Below, piece by piece: positions 1 through 9,999 of a stretch of DNA of 64,000 nucleotides. Numbering within the stretch: the stretch's first letter is position 1; every line of letters starts with the position of its first letter. The stretch comes from an uncultured archaeon (lineage in GTDB: Archaea; Asgardarchaeota; Lokiarchaeia; Sigyniarchaeales; SOKP01), in NCBI GenBank assembly GCA_964583985.1, contig CAZOYD010000003.1, forward strand, positions 1-64,000, given 5' to 3'. The notes below the pieces were generated by a model. The model was not told where the DNA came from. It ran no database searches and saw only the letters and a list, made by a program, of their open reading frames with translations. Both the position numbers and the translations under genes were made by a program.

Positions 1-1
1 C

Positions 2-1108
2 GGTTTTTGTATAATTAATCTGTACCTTAGTAACATTACAAGAAACATCCCACCAATCAGCTGAGATTGCAAAATTAATCTCATTTGTATAACTGGAATA
101 ACTTTCTGAAGGATTCCAGTATCCTGATCCATTGATATTGGCATAATTTGTAACTAGTGTATCATTTATCTTTAAACCTATATTACTAGGTTTTGGAATA
201 TTATCAAATGGGCTTAAATCAACAGTTAATCTAAAATCAACAGAAGTATCACCATATAAAAAATCATCTCTTAAAATCCATCCCGAACTATAATAGTAGG
301 CAGTGCTTTCATCCAAATTATCCCCATTACTTTGATCTGCTACATAATACCATCTAGTGTCTGCACCTACACCTCCATCAAACAAACCTATAAACCAAGT
401 ATTATTTTCGGTGAAACTATTATTTAAAAAATAATGTATGTTTATGACAGAATATGTTCCCGTAGTAGTTGCTGGTACATTGAAAGTTCCTAATGTGTCT
501 CTATAATTCAAGTTTGTCCCATATGGTTTACTTCTACTATTTCCAGCGTCCCATGTAGAATTATATAATACAACCGTAACCGTTGAGGGATTTCCTCCAA
601 TGTTTCTAACATATACAGAGACATTTTCTAAATAACCACTTCCAACTATATTAAAAGAAGTTACATCCGGATTAGAGTTAGTAAAATCATCGAAATTAGT
701 TGGTGTACTATCTTCGACTATGAGAGATTTATTTGGTGCATAAATATCATTCAAAGTCATGTTGATGAAGGAAGTATTATATCCTGAAAATTGTGGGAAT
801 GGTTCAGAAAACGTGTCTGAAGTGTCTAAATTAGGGAATTCTATGACCGAAGTATTAAGCAACGACTGATGCAAAGTGATATTTATGTTTTCTCCAGATC
901 CAGAATAATTTAAAGCTTGCGAAGAGCGTGGAATATTTTCTTCGAATTGATTTATGTTGTCCTTATTTATTGGGTTAACGTCGTTTAAATCGTTTCCATT
1001 GTTCCAATTTATTGTTAAAATCTGTCCGAAGTTAACAAGTATCAATGAAAATAATAGAGAAAACAAAATCATGAATCTTTTCATTTTCTCTTTGTTTTTT
1101 TTATACAT
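2..1108 (-). CDS. Secreted/cell-surface protein, N-terminal part (runs off the window start)
   Basis: Manual translation: MYKKNKEKMKRFMILFSLLFSLILVNFGQ... (basic N-terminus plus hydrophobic signal), open to the window edge, Asn/Ser/Thr-rich with many N-x-S/T sequons. Absent from the ORF track because its stop is outside the window. Alternative start at 1084. Confidence 0.8.
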   Translation of the reverse strand, partial: MYKKNKEKMKRFMILFSLLFSLILVNFGQILTINWNNGNDLNDVNPINKDNINQFEENIPRSSQALNYSGSGENINITLHQSLLNTSVIEFPNLDTSDTFSEPFPQFSGYNTSFINMTLNDIYAPNKSLIVEDSTPTNFDDFTNSNPDVTSFNIVGSGYLENVSVYVRNIGGNPSTVTVVLYNSTWDAGNSRSKPYGTNLNYRDTLGTFNVPATTTGTYSVINIHYFLNNSFTENNTWFIGLFDGGVGADTRWYYVADQSNGDNLDESTAYYYSSGWILRDDFLYGDTSVDFRLTVDLSPFDNIPKPSNIGLKINDTLVTNYANINGSGYWNPSESYSSYTNEINFAISADWWDVSCNVTKVQINYTKT

Positions 1109-1294
1109 GATTATCAGAATTTATATAATTTCTTCATTGAGTAATTTAAATATTACATATATAATTGTGCAATATGAATTTAAAATTACTTTTTTTAATT
1201 AGCTCTTATCGTAATAATACACGATAATATAAAATTCAAAATAAAAGAGACGACTTTTTTGGTGAATGAAAAGTGGGAGAAAAATTAATTAAAG

Positions 1295-1990
1295 TTATTC
1301 TTTATTCGGTGATTTAAGAATTATCCTTGCATCAACGCATAAGAGTCCTTTGTTGTAAATAAACACGGGATTTAAATCCATTTCGTAGATTTCTTCGTGT
1401 TTTGTGACTAAATCTGAAATCTTCATGAGCGTGTCAATGATTGCATCAATGTCAGCTTTAGGTTTTCCCCGATATCCATCGAGGATAGGAAATCCCTTAA
1501 TCTCCTTTATCATTTCTTTAGCATCATACTTTTCAATAGGAGCGATGCGAAAACTGACATCTTCTAGGATCTCAACTAATATCCCTCCGATCCCGAACAT
1601 TAGAGCAGGTCCAAATTGGGCGTCCGTAGTCATTCCAATTATTAATTCCGTAATGGGTTCAGCTGCCATTTTTTGGACACTAATTAATTTCTTTTTCTCT
1701 GAGTGAATCGTCATTAATTCATCATAGGCTCTTTCTATTTCCTCTTTATTCTTCAAATTTAGTTTTACTGCTCCTGTATCAGATTTGTGAATAATATCTT
1801 CAGCCATTAGTTTTAATACAATGGGAAATCCGATCTTTTCTGAAGCAGCTACAGTTTCTTCTTTAGAAGATGTTAATTCTTGGAGAGGAATTGCAATACC
1901 AATTTCTTCTAACAATTTTTTGGATTCAAATTCCGTCAGAACCGTTTGATTGGATTGGAGTTTATTCTTTAGAAATTCTTGCACATTCAT
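1295..1990 (-). CDS. acdB: ADP-forming acetyl/acyl-CoA synthetase beta subunit (ATP-grasp)
   Basis: LTEFESKKLL, GFPIVLK...HKSDTGAV, ELIIG...DAQFGP..MFGIGGILVE, EMDLNP...VDARI motifs. Confidence 0.9.
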   Translation of the reverse strand: MNVQEFLKNKLQSNQTVLTEFESKKLLEEIGIAIPLQELTSSKEETVAASEKIGFPIVLKLMAEDIIHKSDTGAVKLNLKNKEEIERAYDELMTIHSEKKKLISVQKMAAEPITELIIGMTTDAQFGPALMFGIGGILVEILEDVSFRIAPIEKYDAKEMIKEIKGFPILDGYRGKPKADIDAIIDTLMKISDLVTKHEEIYEMDLNPVFIYNKGLLCVDARIILKSPNKE

Positions 1991-2104
1991 TTAAATTATC
2001 TCATTATTACAGATATATGATGGTTTAGTTAATTTTGATAAAAATTTAAAATTATTGAAAATATTAAATGTATAGAAATTATAAATATTAGAAAACGAAG
2101 AAAC

Positions 2105-3199
2105 ATGTCAAAAGGAGAATACCTTCAGACTTTACTAAAAAATTTCGTTAATTCTCAACAAGAAATAGAAATCGCTTTTCTTTATTCCAATGACGGACTA
2201 CTCATGTCAAAATATATAAAGGGAGAAACCTTACCCTCAAATTCTGACGATTCTGAAAGTGTTTATGGAGCAATCACCACTTTAGTGGATAATTTATTGA
2301 ATAAAATCTCACTAGAATATAAAATTGGACATTATGGGACAGGTTCATTTGAAACCTCAGATCATCGAATAGTCTATGTGGAAACCGGTTCTGATGCAAT
2401 ATTACTTCTCGTTTGTAATTATGATATAAACTTAAATAAACTATTCCCTATCGCATATTTAGTTGCGGAAAAAGTTACTCAACTTTTAGAAGATAGTTTT
2501 GATTTTAGATATAATACATTAAATCTTCCTGATTTAAATATCAATTTTAATTTTAAAATTGGATTAGATAATTTTGAAATAAAACCTACAAAACCAATAA
2601 TCGAGGGTGTTTATGCTGATCATCAAATAAAAAGGATAGATAAAGTAAAAAAAATGTTTAAATTGATAATTCTTGGGGATCCAGCAGTAGGAAAAACTAC
2701 ATTAGTCAATAAGTTTTTGAAAAAAGAACAAGTGACTGATTACCGACCTACACTCGGAATTAATATCGTAACTCAAAATTATTATATTCAAGGATTTAAG
2801 GATGATATTATTGAATTTCTTATTTTCGATTTAGCTGGTCAAGAATTTTTTAAACGAGTACGACACGAATATTATACAGGTGCAAATAGTGTCTTTATTG
2901 TCTATGATATTACACGTAAAGATACTTTCAATGAAGCAATTAATTTTTGGTTCAATGATGCTCGAAAAGAAATGGGAAACATTCCAATTATACTCGTGGC
3001 TAATAAAATTGATTTAATTGAAAAAAGAGAGGTCTCTACAGAAGAAGGAGCTTCTATGGCAAGTAAGTTGAAATGTTTTTATATTGAAACTTCAGCATTA
3101 GAAAATATTAACGTGCAAGATACATTTAAAATCGTGGGTATTGGTCTTTTTTTCAAAAGTTTAGAAGATCTTGAAAGAAATGAGAAGAATAACATCTGA
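2105..3199 (+). CDS. Roadblock/LC7 domain fused to Rab-like small GTPase
   Basis: N-terminal roadblock pattern (IEIAFLYSNDGLLMS); C-terminal G1 GDPAVGKT, G2 YRPTLG, G3 DLAGQE, G4 NKID, G5 ETSAL. Confidence 0.88.
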   Translation: MSKGEYLQTLLKNFVNSQQEIEIAFLYSNDGLLMSKYIKGETLPSNSDDSESVYGAITTLVDNLLNKISLEYKIGHYGTGSFETSDHRIVYVETGSDAILLLVCNYDINLNKLFPIAYLVAEKVTQLLEDSFDFRYNTLNLPDLNINFNFKIGLDNFEIKPTKPIIEGVYADHQIKRIDKVKKMFKLIILGDPAVGKTTLVNKFLKKEQVTDYRPTLGINIVTQNYYIQGFKDDIIEFLIFDLAGQEFFKRVRHEYYTGANSVFIVYDITRKDTFNEAINFWFNDARKEMGNIPIILVANKIDLIEKREVSTEEGASMASKLKCFYIETSALENINVQDTFKIVGIGLFFKSLEDLERNEKNNI

Positions 3200-3305
3200 T
3201 ATTTGGATATCAAAGGAACTCTAATTACTATAATTTTTAAAATAAAAAAAAGAAATAAAAAAAAAGAGATATATCCAATTGAAAAGAAAAAAGATTTTTT
3301 GGATG

Positions 3306-6158
3306 TTATGTAAAACTTAGGTCTTTTCTCATTTTTAAACGAATTCTATATTTTCTTAGCTCATCCACTACAGGAACGCTAAATGCCCCTAAAAACAATG
3401 TAATCCAGTAATAAGCATGAGTTAAAGGCACAACACGGAATGCGATCCCTATTGGCGTGAAAATAATCAAAAGTTGTAATCCAAGTGATAAGCTCGTAGC
3501 CCAGAATAGGTGTTTGTTAGGAAATAGATAAAATGGTTTTATGTTTGAAGTACAAGTAAATACAAACATTAATTCGCAAATAACTAAATTCGTAAAAAGG
3601 ATTGTTTGGGCCAATGAAATAGAATAGAAATATGCATCAGTACCGTGCGTCATATAATCCAAGGTTAGTAAAGGATCTATTCCCGATTGAGCCCAAGCGG
3701 GAATAAGAACTGTCCAAAGTAATAAATAGAGTGCAATATCCGTTAATGAAGTATAAATGCCTAAGAATAAGACAGGACCTTTAATCTCTTTTATTAAAGT
3801 AAATCCTTCCCTTGGTTTTTGTTTCATGACATCTGGATCTGAAGGTGTTAAGCCAAGCACCATGGCAGGAATACCATCTGTGGCTATATTTAACCATAAA
3901 ATTTGAATTGGTTCTATAGGGAGTCCGATAAAAATATTAGTAAATAATTTCATTACAATATAGGCAAACACAATCAAGAAAAGTTCATCAAAATTCGTAC
4001 TTAACATGTAACGAAAAAACCCTTTAGTTGTTTCAAATATTCCTCTGCCTTCTTCTATAGCATTAACAATTGTAGCATAATTATCATCAATCAAAATCAT
4101 ATCAGAAGCTTCTTGTGTTACTTCAGTTCCTTTCAAGCCCATGGCTACCCCTACGTGAGCGCCCTTTACTGCTGGAGCATCATTTACTCCATCTCCAGTC
4201 ATTGAAACAATCATACCTAATTCTTTTAATCTTCGTAATATTCGTAGTTTATGTTCAGAAGTTACTCTCGCAAACACATCTACAGTTTTCACTTTTTCTC
4301 TTAGCACGTCATCACTCATTTCTTCTAATTCAACGCCAGTAATTGCTTCATTTGATTCAGTTAGTCCGATCTGATGCGCAATTGCCATTGCGGTAACTTT
4401 ATAATCTCCCGTAATCATGATGGTTCTGATACCCGCTGATCTAGCTTCACGGATTGCATCTTTTACTTCATCTCGAGCGGGATCAATAATCCCTACCAAT
4501 CCAATATATGTAAAATCATTCTCAATTTCTTCGAGGATGTAATTTGGTTCCAATTCTTTACACGCAACCCCTAATACTCGTAGAGCGCTTTTAGCGAAGT
4601 TGTCATTTTGTTCTAAAATTTTAGATTTAAAACTTTCAATAGGTTTTTGTTCTCCGTTTATTAAGATTGTTCCCGCTTTTCGCATTAAAACATCAGGTGC
4701 TCCTTTAATAAATGCATAAATTTTTCCATCAATTTTACCAATGACCGTCATCATCTTTCTGTCTGAATCAAAAGGAATTTCATCCAATTTTTCAAACGAT
4801 TCATTAATTCCTCCTTTTAAGGCTAGTACCTTCATTGATACTTCGGTTGGATCCCCTACAATGGATATTTCTCCCGTGTTTTCATTGATAATATTAATGT
4901 TAGAGTTGTTGCAATACATACATACTTCAAGGAATCTCTTCAATTCAGTATCTATGGGTACGATTGTTTGATTATCCTTAATCTTTCCTTTAATATTATA
5001 ACCGATACCTTCCACTTCAAAGACTTTATCATAAATATAGATTTTAACGACGGTCATTTCATTTTTAGTTAATGTTCCTGTCTTATCCGAGCATATAACA
5101 TTCACCCTTCCTAAAGTTTCTACCGCCGTTAAATTACGAACAAGAGCATTTCTATCAGCCATTTTTCGCATACCAATACTCATTACCACTGTAATAACCA
5201 CTACAAGTCCTTCAGGAACAGCTGATACGGCAAGACTTATTGAGATTTTAAATGCTTCCACAATTTCTTCCACTTCGCTCACTGAAAAAACGAGTCCTTC
5301 TGTAGAAATAATAAGGATAAATTCAACAACGAAAATAATAACACATAAGACTATTATAATAATCCCCAATAATTTCCCGAAACGATCGACTTCCTTTTGG
5401 AAAGGGCTTGGCTCAATTTGTTCTTCTTGTAAACTTACTGCTATTTTACCTATTTCAGTATTCATTCCTGTTCCAATTACAATGCCCTCACCATTACCCC
5501 GAGTTATGATGGTGTTCATATAGCCTAGATTGGTTCGATCTGCTAGAATTTCTTTCTTATCAACAACCTTCAATTTTTTTTCTACTGGTTTTGATTCTCC
5601 AGTTAAAATTGCTTCATCAACGTAAAGCGAGAATTTTTTAAAAATTCGTACATCAGCGGGAAATTTATCACCTTCTTCAAATAAAATAATGTCACCAGGA
5701 ACTACATCTTCGACTGCAATTTGTAAGACTTTATTACTTCTTCGAACTCGAGCAAAATGAGGAGCTAACTTATTGAGACTCTCCATGGATTTTTCAGCTT
5801 GATATTCTTGATAAAATCCTAAGATTGCATTGATAATTAGAATTGCTGCAATTACGATAGCATCCGTATATTCAGAAGACCATGGTTCTGCTCCTGGTCT
5901 AGAAGCCTCCCAAATCCCAATAATTAATGAAACCGCAATCGCAAAAAACAATAAATATATTAGAAAATCCTTGAATTGAGCAACAAAAATTTGCCAAGCG
6001 GTTTTACTTTTTTCTTTAATTAATTCATTTCTACCATATCTCTCTAATCTCTGTTTAACCTCACTCTCTGAAAGTCCTATAGTTAGATTTGTTGCTAATA
6101 ATTCAGCAACTTCATCAACCGGTTTCGAATGGGCACTAATTTGTTTAAGATCTATCAT
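3306..6158 (-). CDS. P-type IIA (SERCA-like) cation, probably Ca2+, ATPase, copy 2
   Basis: TGES, VPEGL, DKTGT, KGAP, TGD, GDGVND; M6 QILWLNIATDG. Confidence 0.93.
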   Translation of the reverse strand: MIDLKQISAHSKPVDEVAELLATNLTIGLSESEVKQRLERYGRNELIKEKSKTAWQIFVAQFKDFLIYLLFFAIAVSLIIGIWEASRPGAEPWSSEYTDAIVIAAILIINAILGFYQEYQAEKSMESLNKLAPHFARVRRSNKVLQIAVEDVVPGDIILFEEGDKFPADVRIFKKFSLYVDEAILTGESKPVEKKLKVVDKKEILADRTNLGYMNTIITRGNGEGIVIGTGMNTEIGKIAVSLQEEQIEPSPFQKEVDRFGKLLGIIIIVLCVIIFVVEFILIISTEGLVFSVSEVEEIVEAFKISISLAVSAVPEGLVVVITVVMSIGMRKMADRNALVRNLTAVETLGRVNVICSDKTGTLTKNEMTVVKIYIYDKVFEVEGIGYNIKGKIKDNQTIVPIDTELKRFLEVCMYCNNSNINIINENTGEISIVGDPTEVSMKVLALKGGINESFEKLDEIPFDSDRKMMTVIGKIDGKIYAFIKGAPDVLMRKAGTILINGEQKPIESFKSKILEQNDNFAKSALRVLGVACKELEPNYILEEIENDFTYIGLVGIIDPARDEVKDAIREARSAGIRTIMITGDYKVTAMAIAHQIGLTESNEAITGVELEEMSDDVLREKVKTVDVFARVTSEHKLRILRRLKELGMIVSMTGDGVNDAPAVKGAHVGVAMGLKGTEVTQEASDMILIDDNYATIVNAIEEGRGIFETTKGFFRYMLSTNFDELFLIVFAYIVMKLFTNIFIGLPIEPIQILWLNIATDGIPAMVLGLTPSDPDVMKQKPREGFTLIKEIKGPVLFLGIYTSLTDIALYLLLWTVLIPAWAQSGIDPLLTLDYMTHGTDAYFYSISLAQTILFTNLVICELMFVFTCTSNIKPFYLFPNKHLFWATSLSLGLQLLIIFTPIGIAFRVVPLTHAYYWITLFLGAFSVPVVDELRKYRIRLKMRKDLSFT

Positions 6159-6362
6159 TTTTAATCAATTTTTTCAGAATAATAAGAAAATGTTTAATTT
6201 AGTAAAAAGTAAAATATTAAAGTTATTATTTTTATAATTTATAAATTTAAAGTGTAAGACTTCTAAACGTGAAATAAAGAAAAATTGAAAATAAAGTCTA
6301 AAACTTTAATTTTATTATAATTAAAAGATGAAAAAATGTTAAAACTATCATTAAAAAAAAAA

Positions 6363-9248
6363 TTATGAATTCCTATGAAAATCTGTTAATCTTTCTTGCC
6401 AATATGAGTCTTTTGCTCTTTTCCTTCTTACTAAATATTTTCTTGTTTCTTCCGCTGGAACGATAAATACAGAGCCAAGAAATATAGCTGCCCAATATTG
6501 CCAATGAACCAGTGGGACAACGTGAAAAGCAACACCTAAAGGGGTAAAAATGATAACTACATGTAAGATGAATGATATACCCGTGGCCCAAATTAGATGT
6601 TTATTTCTAAACTCCCATAAAGGTCTATATTCTGATGTGCAAGAAAATACAAAGAAGAGTTCAAAAAATACCACATTTGTGAAGACTATTCCTTGAGCAA
6701 CCGCAATTTGATATTGTTCTGCAGTATAAGATATTCCAGACCATAAATTCGTAACTCCCGAATTTAAATAAGGATCAAACCCTTCGCTTGCCCAGACTGG
6801 GATCAAGGGATTCCAGACAAGAACATATAAAAGTACGTCGGTGATTGCAGCAAAAATTGCAGCAAAAAGAATCGCTTTCTTAATATCACTAATCATATTA
6901 AATCCTTTTCGCGGTTTAAATTTCATTACTTCTGGATCTGTAGGAGTTAATCCTAATACCATTGCTGGAATGCCATCGGTGGCAATGTTAAGCCATAAAA
7001 TTTGAATTGCTTCAAGAGGTTGGGCTAGATAAATGCCTATCGTTATTTTCATTAGAATCCATGCCGTTAATATTAAAAAGATCTCATCAAAATTGCAGCT
7101 AAGCATATATCTAAAGAAACTTTTAGTGGTTTCAAAAATTCCGCGACCCTCTTCAATTGCATTTACAATCGTGGCATAATTATCATCGATGAGGATCATG
7201 TCTGCTGCTTCTTGGGTAACTTCCGTGCCTTTCAATCCCATTGCGACCCCAACATTTGCTCCTTTTACTGCGGGAGCGTCATTTACGCCATCTCCTGTCA
7301 TTGCTATTATGTCTTGTTCAGATTTTAGGCTTTTAAGAATACGCAATTTATGTTCTGATGTTACTCGCGCAAATACATCAACAGTTGCAACTTTTTCACT
7401 CAATTCAGTATCACTCATCTCTTCCAGTTCTTCCCCTGTTATCGCATTGTCATTATCAGTTAATCCTATCTGCTTTGCAATGGCGATCGCTGTCACCTTA
7501 TGATCTCCCGTAATCATGATCGTTCTGATGCCGGCCATTCTTGCTTCTTGTACCGCATTTTTTACTTCATCTCTTGCTGGGTCAATTATTCCAACCAATC
7601 CTAAAAATATGTAATCTGTTTCTGCTTCGTCCTGAGAATAATCGTTGTTCAAAGGTTTATATGCGACACCTAGTACTCTCAGTGCTTCTTTTGCATATAG
7701 GATATTCTGATTTTGAATTTGTTTGGCTACTTCCTTAATTGGTACTTCTTCTCCATTCATCAGACCTTTTGCTGCATTTTTTAACAAAACATCGGGTGCT
7801 CCTTTTATATAAGAAAAGTAATTTCCATTAATTTTCATTATGACAGACATCATTTTTCTATCCGAATTGAAAGGTATTTCATCAATTTTTTCAGCCTTGG
7901 TTTGAATGTTCATTTTCATTGCTAAAACTTTCATTGAAATCTCGGTAGGATCACCCACTACATCAGTAGCGCCGCTTTCTGGATCTTTGACATTCACATT
8001 TGAATTATTGCAGAGTAAACATACTTCTAAAAATCTCTGGAGGTTTGGGTTCATTTTTACCATATTTTCTTCATGATCAAGGATTTTTCCATTAACATTA
8101 TAACCAACCCCATCCACAAGATATTCAGTTCCATCCAAAAAAACCCTAATGATTGTCATTTCATTTTTAGTTAAAGTTCCTGTTTTATCGGAACAAATTA
8201 CGTTGACTCGTCCAAGCGTTTCAACAGCTGTAAGTGTTTTTACCAGAGCATTTTTATCAGCCATTTTTCGCATGCCAATGCTCATGACTACGGTAATAAC
8301 TACTACTAAACCTTCAGGAACCGCTGAAACCGCCAAACTTATAGCTACAGTTAATGCATTTATTATTTCATGAATTTCTTCAGGCTGAAATCCAGCACCC
8401 TCGAATAACACAATTATAATTAATTCTATTCCAAAAACTAAACCACAAACGATTAAAATGATTTTTCCAAGAAGTTTACCAAAACGATCTACTTCAATTT
8501 GAAAAGGACTTGGTTCTGGTTCCTCTTCTTGAATTTTCTCAGCAATCTTTCCGATTTCTGTCTTCATCCCTGTAGCTATTGCTATTGCTTCACCATTTCC
8601 TCTGGTGATAACAGTGTTACTATATGCAGTATTAATCCTATCAGCTAAAATCGTTTTTTCATTAACAATAACATTCTTTTTATGAACAGGAGCAGATTCT
8701 CCTGTGAGAATTGCCTCATCAATATATAATGAGTAAGCTTTTGTCAATCGTGCATCAGCTGGTAATTTATCTCCTTCATCAAGTAGTAAAATATCACCCG
8801 GAACAACATATTGTACTTCAATCTCTTTTACTATCCCTCCCCTTCTGACTTTTGCATTATGAGGTGCAAGTTTTTTCAGACTTTCTAATGCTTTTTCTGC
8901 TTTGTACTCTTGATAAAACCCAAGAATTGCATTTACAACTAAAATAATCCCAATTACTAATGCATCCAGAAATTCTGAAGGTTCTCCTCCCGAAGCTAAT
9001 TCATAAAAACCAACTAGGACAGAAACTGCAATAGCAAAAAGTAATAGATATACAAGAAAATCTTTAAATTGGTTTAAAAAGATTTGCCAAGGGGAAATTC
9101 TCTTTGTTTGTTCTAATTCATTCAATCCATAACTTTCAAGTCTCTTTTGAACTTCACTTTCGGTTAACCCATTATCTATTGAAGTATCAAGCGCTTTTAA
9201 AACATCATCAATTTCTAAAGCATGAGCTTTAATTTCTTTTAATGCCAT
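6363..9248 (-). CDS. P-type IIA (SERCA-like) cation, probably Ca2+, ATPase, copy 1
   Basis: Same motif set; close paralogue of the adjacent gene. Confidence 0.93.
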   Translation of the reverse strand: MALKEIKAHALEIDDVLKALDTSIDNGLTESEVQKRLESYGLNELEQTKRISPWQIFLNQFKDFLVYLLLFAIAVSVLVGFYELASGGEPSEFLDALVIGIILVVNAILGFYQEYKAEKALESLKKLAPHNAKVRRGGIVKEIEVQYVVPGDILLLDEGDKLPADARLTKAYSLYIDEAILTGESAPVHKKNVIVNEKTILADRINTAYSNTVITRGNGEAIAIATGMKTEIGKIAEKIQEEEPEPSPFQIEVDRFGKLLGKIILIVCGLVFGIELIIIVLFEGAGFQPEEIHEIINALTVAISLAVSAVPEGLVVVITVVMSIGMRKMADKNALVKTLTAVETLGRVNVICSDKTGTLTKNEMTIIRVFLDGTEYLVDGVGYNVNGKILDHEENMVKMNPNLQRFLEVCLLCNNSNVNVKDPESGATDVVGDPTEISMKVLAMKMNIQTKAEKIDEIPFNSDRKMMSVIMKINGNYFSYIKGAPDVLLKNAAKGLMNGEEVPIKEVAKQIQNQNILYAKEALRVLGVAYKPLNNDYSQDEAETDYIFLGLVGIIDPARDEVKNAVQEARMAGIRTIMITGDHKVTAIAIAKQIGLTDNDNAITGEELEEMSDTELSEKVATVDVFARVTSEHKLRILKSLKSEQDIIAMTGDGVNDAPAVKGANVGVAMGLKGTEVTQEAADMILIDDNYATIVNAIEEGRGIFETTKSFFRYMLSCNFDEIFLILTAWILMKITIGIYLAQPLEAIQILWLNIATDGIPAMVLGLTPTDPEVMKFKPRKGFNMISDIKKAILFAAIFAAITDVLLYVLVWNPLIPVWASEGFDPYLNSGVTNLWSGISYTAEQYQIAVAQGIVFTNVVFFELFFVFSCTSEYRPLWEFRNKHLIWATGISFILHVVIIFTPLGVAFHVVPLVHWQYWAAIFLGSVFIVPAEETRKYLVRRKRAKDSYWQERLTDFHRNS

Positions 9249-9672
9249 AATTAAATCATGTGTTGATCAATTTTTTTTATTAGACTAAATTTTTATATCA
9301 CATAAAATGGAATATCCTAAAAAAACAATTGTAGTGATTATTGTTTTAAAATATACCATTCAGAAAAAGCAATTAATTATATCTTCTGATAACAAATAAA
9401 CAATCAATTGATCAAATTAGTTGTAGTTATTTCCATTACTCCTCTACCTTCTTGATTTGAGACCATTTGTGGAAACGATGTAGAATTAATTGAAAATTTG
9501 TGTGTGGGCTCTAACTTTTTTCATTACTACCACATACTTTTTTTGTTAATATTAAATTTTATGGGAAATAACCTAAATTTTTTAGGTTTTCTTTTCATTA
9601 TTTATAAAATAAAATATTATGCAAAAATATTTCAGGTGATAAAATTTTAAAATAACATTTTCAGATACTGCA

Positions 9673-9993
9673 ATGGACTATATTCGTGAACAGAATAAAA
9701 ATTTTGAAGAAAACAGTTTGGAAAAAAAAGTCATCGTTCTATTTTACCATTCTTCTGAATCATGACTTCTTTCATTCTGTGGTAACGTTGTGGAGTTGAT
9801 AGAATACAAAAAAGTAATGGATGATATGGATTTCATAATTTGGACTGATGAGACAACTGATACTTTAGGGACTCAAATATACATTGAGAATAAAATTATA
9901 GAAGAACTAGAGCAAAATTCTGTTATCCAAATCAACGTTGCATTAGGTGAAGTCAAGGGAGAAAAAATTGGGTTCTTGTTTATGAATACATGA
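9673..9993 (+). CDS. Candidate selenoprotein, HesB-like / CC-Se-motif-like fold, in-frame TGA at 9763-9765
   Basis: Frame is open 9643-9990 except for one TGA: (NFKITFSDTA)MDYIREQNKNFEENSLEKKVIVLFYHSSES-U-LLSFCGNVVELIEY...LGTQIYIENKII...; SECIS-like hairpin in the 3' UTR; true start uncertain. Confidence 0.65.
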
Positions 9994-9999
9994 GATATA

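Noticed and set aside
9249-9600. yybP-ykoY or other metal riboswitch upstream of the P-type ATPases
   Set aside because: I could not find the conserved elements in the right order on the coding (minus) strand; GAGACC occurs only on the opposite strand.
9790-9993. 67-aa ORF starting at GTG 9790 as a complete gene
   Set aside because: The upstream frame is protein-like across a single TGA, so it is better explained as the C-terminal part of a longer protein.
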